64,000 bases of DNA from Methanobacteriota archaeon (lineage in GTDB: Archaea > Thermoplasmatota > Poseidoniia > Poseidoniales > Thalassarchaeaceae), in contig PBUX01000064.1 in assembly GCA_002728565.1 (NCBI GenBank), positions 29,529-93,528 on the forward strand, read 5' to 3'. A program made the translations under genes and the position numbers. This document shows, piece by piece, positions 31,101 through 39,767 of this stretch (its first letter is position 1; every line of letters begins with the position of its first letter). The notes under the pieces were generated by a model. The model was not told the origin of the DNA. It saw nothing but the letters and a program-made list of their open reading frames with translations, and ran no database searches.

Positions 31101-32693
31101 CTAGAAGATGGTTGCCGGCATAGTTAAAAGTTGGGCGTAAAGATCGATTGCGTACCAAAGGTTCGCGATGCGCAGATTTTCGTCCGGAGCGTGTTGATTG
31201 TTATCATGATTCGCGACGGGGACGATGATTGCAGGCTTTTGTAGGATCTCTGTAAAGGGTGTAAGGGGCAGCGTTCCACCCATCCCTGGTGCGACCACTA
31301 GTGAGCCCTCTCCAAAGGCCAGGTTGGCGGCTGAACTCGCTGCTGCCATCACACTCTGGGCGAAGGGGTTCGACATTGAAGTACGGGCTGCTCTGGAGCC
31401 ACCACCACCGGTGACTTTTGCGATCAATGGGTAGCTGCGACGTGTCTCCATATTTGGATCTTCTGAGACAACATGAAACCCTTCGCGCTGGATATGGTCC
31501 ACGATTAGCTGTCGGAGGTGCGCTGGGTCGTTGCCCTTCACAAGTCGAATCCCCAAAGCAGCGACTGCGGTATTTGGGATCACATTGCGGGCGAGAGCGC
31601 CTGTATTACCACTTGTGATTCCTCGAATATTCAAGGCAGGCACCATTAGTCGCTCAGGTAGGGACTCTGGCTCTCCTTCAGAGCGAACAATCCCGAGTTC
31701 ACTCTTCAGCTGCTCATCCCATGCAGGCATCTCTGCTAGCGCGGCGCGCTCTTCTTCTCCAATTGGGTCAGCTGTGTCATACCAACCGTCCACCAGTACA
31801 CGTCCAGCTTCGTCCTTCATAGACACTAAGAGCCGAGAGAGGATTACACCTGTATCTGGTGCCCAATTCCCATAATGCCCCGAGTGCAGGTTTCGTGCAG
31901 CTCCGTATACGGTGACTTCCATTCCCATTGACCCACGAACGCCAAATGTGATTTGCGGACGTCCACTGGGGTGTGCAGGCCCATCAAAGAACAGCCATAT
32001 ATCGATCGGATCGAGGCGGTCCTTAAATGTTTCCATATAGCGCGGGAGGTTTCGTGATCCAGCTTCTTCTTCACCATCAAAGAAGAAAATCAAGTTCGAA
32101 GTAGACTGAACGCCCTCTTCTTGGAAGGCCCTTAGTACGGGGAGTATTGCGGCTATTGGTGCCTTGTCATCTCCGGCGGATCTCGCGTAGATGCGCCAGG
32201 CAGGGTCGACTGTCTCACCCGGCTCCGGCATCGGGAGTGGTCTTCCGCCCTCTGGGATTGGGGCCGAGTAGAGTGTCGGCTCAAATGGAGGGTGCGTCCA
32301 GTTCAATGGGTCGACAGGCTGGCCATCATAGTGCACATAGATCCCTAACGTACGAGTCGCACCTGGGACATTAAGTTCCCCGTAGACAATTGGTGGAACG
32401 CCTTCAAGTTGAAGGAGTTCGGAGTCAACGCCGACGGCGAGAAGTTCGTCGCGGATATACTCCGCCGCTCGGGTGATGTCGTCTAAGTCCCGGGCTCGGT
32501 TGGGATAGCTCAGCAACTCCGCAAAATCTCTGAGAATTTCAACTTCATGTGCCTCCCGGTACTCGCGTGCTACCTCAGCTCCTGATTGTGCAGAGATAGA
32601 AGAAATAGGGATTGTACAGTAGAGCGCTATAAGCAGGAGCATCTTAATTCGGCTAATCCTAGCCAAGTGTATCGCCGTGGTATCCCTCTGCAT
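31101..32693 (-). CDS. Secreted M20 family metallopeptidase
   Basis: YVHYDGQP, ARSAGDDK, DGEEEAGS, HSGHYGNW, NNQHAPDEN. Confidence 0.9.
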   Translation of the reverse strand: MQRDTTAIHLARISRIKMLLLIALYCTIPISSISAQSGAEVAREYREAHEVEILRDFAELLSYPNRARDLDDITRAAEYIRDELLAVGVDSELLQLEGVPPIVYGELNVPGATRTLGIYVHYDGQPVDPLNWTHPPFEPTLYSAPIPEGGRPLPMPEPGETVDPAWRIYARSAGDDKAPIAAILPVLRAFQEEGVQSTSNLIFFFDGEEEAGSRNLPRYMETFKDRLDPIDIWLFFDGPAHPSGRPQITFGVRGSMGMEVTVYGAARNLHSGHYGNWAPDTGVILSRLLVSMKDEAGRVLVDGWYDTADPIGEEERAALAEMPAWDEQLKSELGIVRSEGEPESLPERLMVPALNIRGITSGNTGALARNVIPNTAVAALGIRLVKGNDPAHLRQLIVDHIQREGFHVVSEDPNMETRRSYPLIAKVTGGGGSRAARTSMSNPFAQSVMAAASSAANLAFGEGSLVVAPGMGGTLPLTPFTEILQKPAIIVPVANHDNNQHAPDENLRIANLWYAIDLYAQLLTMPATIF

Positions 32694-32768
32694 TTCTAGA
32701 TCATCCTCTTCGAGTCGGTCAGTATACTGGTTGTTTCGTTATTGATAGATTCTTCGCATTCCGAGTGA

Positions 32769-35519
32769 CTAACGGTCCTCGGTTGCTGTCCGTGGGCTGT
32801 TCTTCAACAGTGCATTGAAGAGGAGCTTGTAAGTACCGTGGGTTTGACCTCGGTGCTGGACTCGAAAGCCGTACATTAAGATGTGACCGTTTCCGTATTC
32901 CACATCTAAGATTGCGCCTTTTCCGGCAAGGTTTTCCGCCCCGACGATTACCCCGCTCATCAAGAGTTGCTCAGGGTCTTCAGCCCAACTGCCCACTGCC
33001 TGAACCTGGCCCGCCTCACCACCGAAGTCGGTCGGTTCGTATGCCCGCCCACCAGCCCACTTGGCTGCGACCTCGCTGGGGCTTCCGGCTGTAAGCGGGT
33101 GGTCTTCATCAAGTTCTACTTTTAGCAGCGATGCCGGAAGAAAGAGGTCTGATCTGCTGATGTCTTCGAGTGCGTTTCTCACCGGAACATCGAAGTGCTC
33201 GATGACAAGCGCATCCGCTGCCTCGAACGTGACAAGTGTCCCCCCATTGCGCACGAATTCTTTCAGGTTTTCGACGCCCTCTTCTCCTATACCACCTCTG
33301 AAACCGGGAGGGGCATCCTCGTCACTTGCACCTTCAATAAGTCTGTTCAGTGGAATTTCAGAGGGAATGATGATTACGTCGAGCCTCTCAGAAAGGCCTC
33401 CCTCTCGCACATCATCATTCATGAGTGTTTCGAAGTTGTAGTCAAAATCTTCAAGTACGAGGCGGGTCCATCCCTCATCCATTGAGGCAGCCCAGCCCTG
33501 GTAGATTCCGATACGTGCAGCCTGCTGTTCTGCGGACATGGCAAGAGTCGGTGGGTCCGCGATAACAGTGACACCGATCTCGTTAGAGATCTCTGTCAGA
33601 AGGGCTCTGGATTGTGGTTCTGAGGCGGATACAATGAAGAGGGGGCCTTCCTCTGATACAGCCTTAAAGACTGAAAGCCCAGCTTCGAGCATGCGGTTCA
33701 CTGCTTGGTAGGCGCGAGTGACTTCAGCACTGATCGCGTACCAATCGTTTGCCGAAGGTACCGGGGGAGCAACGACTCTGGCGGAAGTTGCCAGTCGAGT
33801 GTCAGCCTCGAAGGGATTGTCCGTGCGTGTGATCTCGACACCCATCTGCATTGGCATCGTGTACCCCGCTCCATCGTATGAGCGCATGAATGGCCCTCCT
33901 GGCCACTCGTGCTGGACCCTGCGTCGACGTGGCTCTAATAAATCGAGTACCGCAGCTCTTCCAGGTTGTGCTCCATACACGATCCAGGAATCTGGAGCAA
34001 AGTTACGTAGTTCTTCTTGCGGGCTGGTATCCTCGGCAGCCTCTTCATCCTCGTCAGGTACATCATCCCCCTCTGCGCTGTCCTCCGTGGCGTCTTCATC
34101 TTCACTAACGTCATCCTGCCCTGGGGACGACCAAAGGCCATTAGCGATGATGGCCTCAAATGCTCCGACAGACTCGTGAACTTCGACACCCTGCAGGATG
34201 AGTTTGTCTACCATCTCAGCTGCGGCAATTGGGTCGGATTGATTCCGCGGGATCAGGTACGCATGCGGTCCTTCTATTTCCGCTTTTGCGATTGTTTCGG
34301 ATCCCATCTGCCATCGGCCCATGATATAGTGCTGGCTGAATTTTGCTGTCTGCTCTAATACGCTATTGGCCGCAATTATTTGATAGTCAACGATGTCTCC
34401 AAGCGTCCACTCTCCACCCCACCATGGATCGACGAATGCGATTTGGAATCCATACTCACTAAGCCCTCGGCCTGGTGCAGCACCCCTCTCAAGTGCTTCA
34501 AGGGCCACTGTATCCGGGCTTGCGATGCGTGCACTAGCCGTCTCTGTGAGAATGCCGACGATATTGTGATACCGGCCAGTGAGCGCACCCTCTTGTCCCC
34601 AAATTCGGTACATCGAACCTGTTACAACCCCTTGTTTGCCAGCTGCCTGCAGGTCCGCAACCATCCCTCCACCCATAAAGCGAAGCTGCTGCCACTGCAG
34701 CGGGTGAATATCAGGGTTCATCGGGTCAGGGTAGGGAGGCACAAAGATTCTGGGTCCACTGCTACCCATCTGATGTTGGTCAAGATAGATCTGCGGGTGA
34801 GTCGTATGGTACATCAAATCCATCCAATACCGTGTTTCAATCAGATTGGCCTGGAAGAAGTCCCTGTTGTTGTCATGGCCCGCATAGTAATGGTAAAGCC
34901 ACGGCATGCGGGCACGCTCGAAGTCAGTGCCCACATTACGCTCATACCAGTCTGTAACCAGGATTTGGCCATCCGGATTCGCAGAAGGGACGAGCACTGT
35001 AACAACGTTATCAAGGATTTGACTTGTTAAATCATCTTCCGCAGTCGCAAGGTGATATACGAGCTCGATGCTTGTCTGTGACGAGCCGATCTCAGTCGAG
35101 TGGATATTGTGATTGATGAACACTGTCGCGGGGATCGTCGCAGCGATCCTTTCAGCCTCTTCTCTATCGATTCTTCCATCAGCAATGCGTTTAGATGCTT
35201 CACGGATTTCATCTAGCCGGGCGAGGTTCGTGGGCGAGCTGATCGTAATTGAGACAAACGGGTTGCCGAGTGTCGTTGGGCCTGCAGTATCTACCTGAAT
35301 ACGATCTGACCCGTCGGCTATTAGAGTGAAGTAATCGAGAATACCATCCCAACGCGCGAGTTTCTTGTCAGTGCCTATCACAAATCCAAAATGTTCTTCC
35401 GGAGTTGGAATCTGCTGTGCTCCCAGCCCCTGTAGGCTGGGAAGGAGGACCAAGAGAAAACGTGCTAGACAAAGTGTTCTACTAATACTCACTGGGACCT
35501 CCCGAGGCCTTACAGTCAT
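32769..35519 (-). CDS. Secreted M14 zinc carboxypeptidase family protein with C-terminal GATase-like domain
   Basis: HSTE, NPDG, GHDNNRD, DQHQMG. Confidence 0.88.
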   Translation of the reverse strand: MTVRPREVPVSISRTLCLARFLLVLLPSLQGLGAQQIPTPEEHFGFVIGTDKKLARWDGILDYFTLIADGSDRIQVDTAGPTTLGNPFVSITISSPTNLARLDEIREASKRIADGRIDREEAERIAATIPATVFINHNIHSTEIGSSQTSIELVYHLATAEDDLTSQILDNVVTVLVPSANPDGQILVTDWYERNVGTDFERARMPWLYHYYAGHDNNRDFFQANLIETRYWMDLMYHTTHPQIYLDQHQMGSSGPRIFVPPYPDPMNPDIHPLQWQQLRFMGGGMVADLQAAGKQGVVTGSMYRIWGQEGALTGRYHNIVGILTETASARIASPDTVALEALERGAAPGRGLSEYGFQIAFVDPWWGGEWTLGDIVDYQIIAANSVLEQTAKFSQHYIMGRWQMGSETIAKAEIEGPHAYLIPRNQSDPIAAAEMVDKLILQGVEVHESVGAFEAIIANGLWSSPGQDDVSEDEDATEDSAEGDDVPDEDEEAAEDTSPQEELRNFAPDSWIVYGAQPGRAAVLDLLEPRRRRVQHEWPGGPFMRSYDGAGYTMPMQMGVEITRTDNPFEADTRLATSARVVAPPVPSANDWYAISAEVTRAYQAVNRMLEAGLSVFKAVSEEGPLFIVSASEPQSRALLTEISNEIGVTVIADPPTLAMSAEQQAARIGIYQGWAASMDEGWTRLVLEDFDYNFETLMNDDVREGGLSERLDVIIIPSEIPLNRLIEGASDEDAPPGFRGGIGEEGVENLKEFVRNGGTLVTFEAADALVIEHFDVPVRNALEDISRSDLFLPASLLKVELDEDHPLTAGSPSEVAAKWAGGRAYEPTDFGGEAGQVQAVGSWAEDPEQLLMSGVIVGAENLAGKGAILDVEYGNGHILMYGFRVQHRGQTHGTYKLLFNALLKNSPRTATEDR

Positions 35520-35678
35520 TATGCCGATAGCCGGCGAATGTACAGGGCAGATACCGGAGTGGTCGAGTCCCCATAGGATGAACGAGAAATGTGCCGGGTT
35601 ATGAATACTCGTAGGTGAGTCAGGTCATCTACCAACGGGTAGCCAGCGAAGGTATAGTTCCAGTTCAAATAATCTGTC

Positions 35679-35751
35679 GGGGCCATAGCTCAGTTGGGAG
35701 AGCGCCTGCTTTGCAAGCAGGAGGTCGGCGGTTCGATTCCGCCTGGCTCCA
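35679..35751 (+). tRNA. tRNA-Ala(UGC), CCA not encoded
   Basis: GGGGCCA acceptor / TGGCTCC-A, D arm AGCTCAGTTGGGAGAGC, anticodon CCTGC-TTTGCAA-GCAGG, GGTTCGATTCC. Confidence 0.97.
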
Positions 35752-35763
35752 CTTCAGTAAGAT

Positions 35764-35799
35764 GAAGCCCTGTAAGCACTTACACGCTTACAGGGCTTC
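35764..35799 (+). terminator. 14-bp perfect hairpin after tRNA-Ala
   Basis: GAAGCCCTGTAAGC-N8-GCTTACAGGGCTTC. Confidence 0.75.
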
Positions 35800-35826
35800 T
35801 TAGTCAAAGGTGCCTTCTCTTCTTAG

Positions 35827-35846
35827 GTCTCCCATGAGTCTCCCAT
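35827..35846. repeat. Direct repeat GTCTCCCAT x2 (arm-type att-like)
   Basis: Two 9-mers with 11-bp period, 75 nt downstream of the tRNA. Confidence 0.45.
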
Positions 35847-36009
35847 AGGACGGGTTTCGGGGGGGTGAAAAGAGTATCTGTCGATGCCCCCCGTTTTCGC
35901 CAACAGGGGGCGGTACTAGTGCGACTCCGCACACATCGCCGCCACTGGAACGCCGTTTCCTGAAAAAATCTTGGTGGGTTGCTGCTGGTTTTGGGCACCG
36001 GGCGCCATG

Positions 36010-36222
36010 TTAAGCCTTGTACTGGAAAACCTTTTCGAACGGCACGCTGAAGACATCAGCGATCTTGAAGGCGAGTTCGAGGCTGGGAGAGTACTTGGCA
36101 GCTTCAATTGCGATGATCGTCTGACGTGTGACTCCAACGTGCTCGGCCAGAGTCTGCTGGGTCATTTCGTTCGCATCGAAACGTAATCTCCGCATGTTGT
36201 TCTTAATGGACGTCGGTGCCAT
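36010..36222 (-). CDS. XRE-family helix-turn-helix regulator
   Basis: [36 protein letters not shown]. Confidence 0.93.
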   Translation of the reverse strand: MAPTSIKNNMRRLRFDANEMTQQTLAEHVGVTRQTIIAIEAAKYSPSLELAFKIADVFSVPFEKVFQYKA

Positions 36223-36223
36223 G

Positions 36224-36670
36224 TCAAAAACCACGTCTGTAATAAAACAGCCGAGTAACCGTCACCGTCACTTCAGCGATAACGAAGAGCAAGAGCAATA
36301 CGACGGGAACTAAGGCTTCTGGGAGAGGACTTTGTATTGCATCTAACCACACCCACCAACTGGGTATGGTCGTGTGACCAATCCAAATCCATATACCAAC
36401 CGACAAGCAAACATACCCGTTGCGAAAGGATATACGTTCGATCAACAGATCTCTTTCGTCGTCTCCTTGAGAACTACTTAGAGATGCGAGCAAACTCTGG
36501 ACGATGATTTCTAGAATAATGACCGAGATCACAACGTTGATGAGGCTTGTGCTAATGTTAGCTATCGGCTCGTCGGCAAGTGCAAGTTCTAGGGTATTGA
36601 GAAAGAAATTACCGAAGACCAGTAGGGTAATAACCAGTGATGCCAGAAGGCTCTTTTCCGTGGTTGACAT
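36224..36670 (-). CDS. Four-TM membrane protein (DUF2178-like), partner of XRE regulator
   Basis: DDERDLLI motif, ends YYRRGF, coupled to the XRE gene. Confidence 0.7.
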   Translation of the reverse strand: MSTTEKSLLASLVITLLVFGNFFLNTLELALADEPIANISTSLINVVISVIILEIIVQSLLASLSSSQGDDERDLLIERISFRNGYVCLSVGIWIWIGHTTIPSWWVWLDAIQSPLPEALVPVVLLLLFVIAEVTVTVTRLFYYRRGF

Positions 36671-36704
36671 GTTTGTGTGCCCATATCTGCGGAGTGAGCC
36701 GTAA

Positions 36705-36743
36705 TGTATGATATCTCTTACACAACGTAAACTATTCTTTACA
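36705..36743. promoter_or_regulatory. Two palindromic operators GTA-N10-TAC, 21-bp period
   Basis: TGTATGATATCTCTTACA (36705-22) and CGTAAACTATTCTTTACA (36726-43). Confidence 0.55.
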
Positions 36744-36744
36744 T

Positions 36745-36780
36745 TCAAGGGGTCGCTGGCTCGAGTCCTGAAGCGCCCAC
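36745..36780 (+). pseudogene. Degenerate tRNA 3' half (att-like scar)
   Basis: TCAAGGGGTCGCTGGCTCGAGTCCTGAAGCGCCCAC resembles variable loop + T arm + acceptor strand GGTCGCAGGTTCGAGTCCTGCAGCGCCCA. Confidence 0.55.
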
Positions 36781-37211
36781 TAGGAAGAAGGCTCGTCCGC
36801 CTTTCGAGCAATGACCAAGCTGGTCGATCCAGCGATAGCACCCAACAAGGGCAAAAAGACTAGAGCTTCGGTTACGCCAGTAAACTCGTTGCCTGCGAGC
36901 TTCGTTCCGCTTATCAGAAGTATTGCTAGCAAGAAGCCACCCAGCGCCCCCATGATCGCCACCCGAGAGATGGAGAGTTTTTCGAACACAAAACGACTCC
37001 CGGTTGCAGCCAACACCGCCGAGAATGTTACACCAATACCAAAACCCCACACTGTACCGGCGAGTATCGCGAAAAAAGGATCTTCCTCTTCAAGTCGTCC
37101 AAGGGCGGCGGCGGCGGCGGTCAAGATGGCAAAAAGAAAGAATCCCGCTGTGGCAAAAATTACCCCCAGGCCAAGAACCCCTCGCGCTACCCTTTTCCAT
37201 CCAGACACCAA
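36780..37211 (-). CDS. Hypothetical four-TM membrane protein
   Basis: Gly-rich hydrophobic helices; GAGG RBS. Confidence 0.7.
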   Translation of the reverse strand: MVSGWKRVARGVLGLGVIFATAGFFLFAILTAAAAALGRLEEEDPFFAILAGTVWGFGIGVTFSAVLAATGSRFVFEKLSISRVAIMGALGGFLLAILLISGTKLAGNEFTGVTEALVFLPLLGAIAGSTSLVIARKADEPSS

Positions 37212-37326
37212 GGCCCCCTTCCTCTTAGGTCAGCAACCCCCTCAGGCTGGTAAGTGATGGATTGTTCGGGCAGAGGTCAATCTCCCAAACGGCTTGATGC
37301 CTTGCTGTCAGTCACCATCTTTCGAT

Positions 37327-37761
37327 ATGGGTATCAACCAAGAAAAAGAAGTTCCAGTATCACTCACGAGGCTCACAGTCCGCACCTCTGAGCTGGATTC
37401 TTTTGGGCACGTCAACCACGCGGTGTACCTCTCCTACCTCGAACATGCGCGCTTCGAGGCACTTAGAGAGGCCGGGTTTGACTGGGCCGTTCTCGATGAT
37501 CGAGGCTGGGCAATCTTTGTGGTTCGAATCGAAATAGACTATGTAGCAGAGGCGAAAAGGGAGGACGACCTGCTTGTCCGTACTTGGGCCGAGTCGTTTC
37601 GCAGAACCAGCATGACCCTTTGTCAGGAGATAGCCCTCGACAACAATCCTGCCGCCATCATCGCTCGCGCTAACGTTACCGCCGTTTGGATAGGCCCTGA
37701 CCGAAAACCAATCCGAGTTCCAGACGAAGTGCGTGAAAGGCTAACTGGTGAAGTCCGTTAA
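37327..37761 (+). CDS. Acyl-CoA thioesterase (4HBT/YbgC family)
   Basis: ELDSFGHVNHAVYLSYLEHAR. Confidence 0.92.
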   Translation: MGINQEKEVPVSLTRLTVRTSELDSFGHVNHAVYLSYLEHARFEALREAGFDWAVLDDRGWAIFVVRIEIDYVAEAKREDDLLVRTWAESFRRTSMTLCQEIALDNNPAAIIARANVTAVWIGPDRKPIRVPDEVRERLTGEVR

Positions 37762-37800
37762 CTTGTCATCTACTAAACGCTCAGCCTACACAGCACCGCT

Positions 37801-38361
37801 ATGACCACCAAAGACGAACTTCGAAAACTCCTTATCGAACGCTCCGTCCGCCTTGGTGATTTTACCCTGGCCAGTGGAGCGAAGTCTGACTACTACATTG
37901 ATGCCCGTCGGACTACGATGTCAGCGGAAGGGCAGAGGCTCGTAGGCAGGGTCGCTTATGCGGCAATTCAAGACCATGGTCTTGATCCGACTCATGTGGG
38001 CGGCCTGACTATGGGGGCAGATCCTATCGCTTACGCGATTGCGCATGTAAGCGCCCTAGAGGGTTGGATCATCGATGGTTTTTCCGTCCGAAAAAGCGCC
38101 AAAGACCACGGAACTGGGCAACGTATAGAGGGCGGGCTCCCAAAAGATGCTCGGGCGCTTATGGTAGAGGATACAATGACAACAGGACTGAGCACGTTAA
38201 AAGCCATCGATGTTGTTCGAGCCCATGGCGCTGAGGTTTTGGGGGTTATCACCCTAGTGAACCGGTCCGAAGATGCCGCAGCCCTCTACAATGCTCAGGG
38301 GTTACCACTCATCTCGTTGTACACAGGAAAAGAGCTTTTAGAGGCGGCTCAGTCGAGTTAA
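37801..38361 (+). CDS. pyrE: Orotate phosphoribosyltransferase
   Basis: FTLASGAKSDYYID, RKSAKDHG, VEDTMTTG. Confidence 0.95.
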   Translation: MTTKDELRKLLIERSVRLGDFTLASGAKSDYYIDARRTTMSAEGQRLVGRVAYAAIQDHGLDPTHVGGLTMGADPIAYAIAHVSALEGWIIDGFSVRKSAKDHGTGQRIEGGLPKDARALMVEDTMTTGLSTLKAIDVVRAHGAEVLGVITLVNRSEDAAALYNAQGLPLISLYTGKELLEAAQSS

Positions 38362-39464
38362 TCAATCAACCTGAGTGGCATCACTAGGCATAAGTAATCC
38401 GCCGCGTCCTCTCCTGCCGGTTCTATTGTCGCCGCCCTCTCTGGTGCCCTAAAGGCCAACTTCACTTCTTCTGAGGGTATGTGACGGAGAACCTCCAGTA
38501 AGTAGTTGGCGTTGAAGCCGATCTCTAATTCCTCTCCTTCATATCCAACCTCCATCTCATCATGTCCCTCTCCTAGGTCGGGGGTTAGGACACTGAGATG
38601 AACCCGGCCGGGTTCGAAACGCATACGAATCCGGTGGGTCTGGTCTGAGGCAACAACTGCCATTCTGCGGACAGCCGAAGCAAGAGCTTTTTTCTCTATA
38701 AAGGCCAGCTTGTCATTGTCTTTGGGTATAACCTGCTCGTAATTCGGATACGAGCCCTCGATGAGGCGCGTGTATATCTCAGTATTGTCGGCCCTAAACC
38801 CTAGGTGGTTTCCACTACGTGCCACCTCAAGTTGATCCTCATCCTGAAACAACCGTTGCACTTGAGTTAACGCTGCTGGTGGGACTATAAAATCTGCGGA
38901 AGTCGTTCCTGTAGCTTCAACCTTGACACTCATGCGTGCCAGTCTGTGTCCATTAGTCGCCACCATTTTCATCTCACCATCTCTCAGTTCCCACAGAACA
39001 CCGTTCAAGATAGGCCTGCTTTCTTCGGTGGATACAGCAAAAGATGTATGGTGAATCAGTGCATTGAGGTCTTTTCCAGTTACGGAAATACCCTCTGAGA
39101 AATCGACCTCTGCTAGGGTTGGAAACTCATCTGCCGGCAAGCCATTTAATTTGAATTGACTTGCTCCGCATATCAGTTCGATCTGATCTCCGCGGGTTGT
39201 AATTTCGACCGGTTGATCTGGTAACTCTCGAGTGATCTCTTGAAGTTTTTTACCTGGTGCCGTAAGGCTGCCGGGTGTCTTTACGTCAGCGAGAACTTTG
39301 ACTCGCACAGCAACATCTAAGTCTGTACCACTCATCCATACGCCATCCTCAGAAGCCTCAAAGAGGATGTTCGATAGAACTGGAAGAGTAGTCTTCGATG
39401 GAATGCTAGCTGAGACCGCAGCAAGACCTTTGTGAAGGTTTTGCCGAGTGATGGTGAAATTCAT
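38358..39464 (-). CDS. dnaN: DNA polymerase III beta clamp
   Basis: LPVLSNIL, ATNGHRLA, YPNYEQVIP, GFNANYL, VMPLR. Confidence 0.98.
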   Translation of the reverse strand: MNFTITRQNLHKGLAAVSASIPSKTTLPVLSNILFEASEDGVWMSGTDLDVAVRVKVLADVKTPGSLTAPGKKLQEITRELPDQPVEITTRGDQIELICGASQFKLNGLPADEFPTLAEVDFSEGISVTGKDLNALIHHTSFAVSTEESRPILNGVLWELRDGEMKMVATNGHRLARMSVKVEATGTTSADFIVPPAALTQVQRLFQDEDQLEVARSGNHLGFRADNTEIYTRLIEGSYPNYEQVIPKDNDKLAFIEKKALASAVRRMAVVASDQTHRIRMRFEPGRVHLSVLTPDLGEGHDEMEVGYEGEELEIGFNANYLLEVLRHIPSEEVKLAFRAPERAATIEPAGEDAADYLCLVMPLRLID

Positions 39465-39499
39465 CGGGATGATGCTCCTGATGGTCTTTGCCGTGCGAC

Positions 39500-39767
39500 C
39501 TTAAGGTCAACAAGATTTCTCACATAACCTAGATACTATCTCTTATTACTTACAAAAAACATAGCCGTAGTAGGTGTTGTGGTTTTGTGGAATCTTGTAC
39601 CCAATAAGACTCCGTTTCCTTATGCCCTGTCTGTAAAAACGATCTATTTCGCTCCGATAAACTTTTGGTGGAAAAATGTTTAAAGTTCTCAAGTGGTAGA
39701 AATTTCTGTTTTTTGACCGTGGAAAAACGAGGGGTTTTCCACACTTGTTCACATTAGCCGTGGAAAA
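39500..39767. other. oriC: Replication origin oriC (dnaA-dnaN intergenic)
   Basis: DnaA boxes TTTTCCACA 39735-43, TTGTTCACA 39745-53, near-matches 39667-75, 39718-26, 39759-67; tandem boxes 39578-94 followed by CTA trios and an AT-rich stretch. Confidence 0.88.

Noticed and set aside
36671-36841. N-terminal extension of ORF 36224..36841
   Set aside because: Runs through operators, the tRNA remnant and the neighbouring gene; ATG 36670 is the better start.
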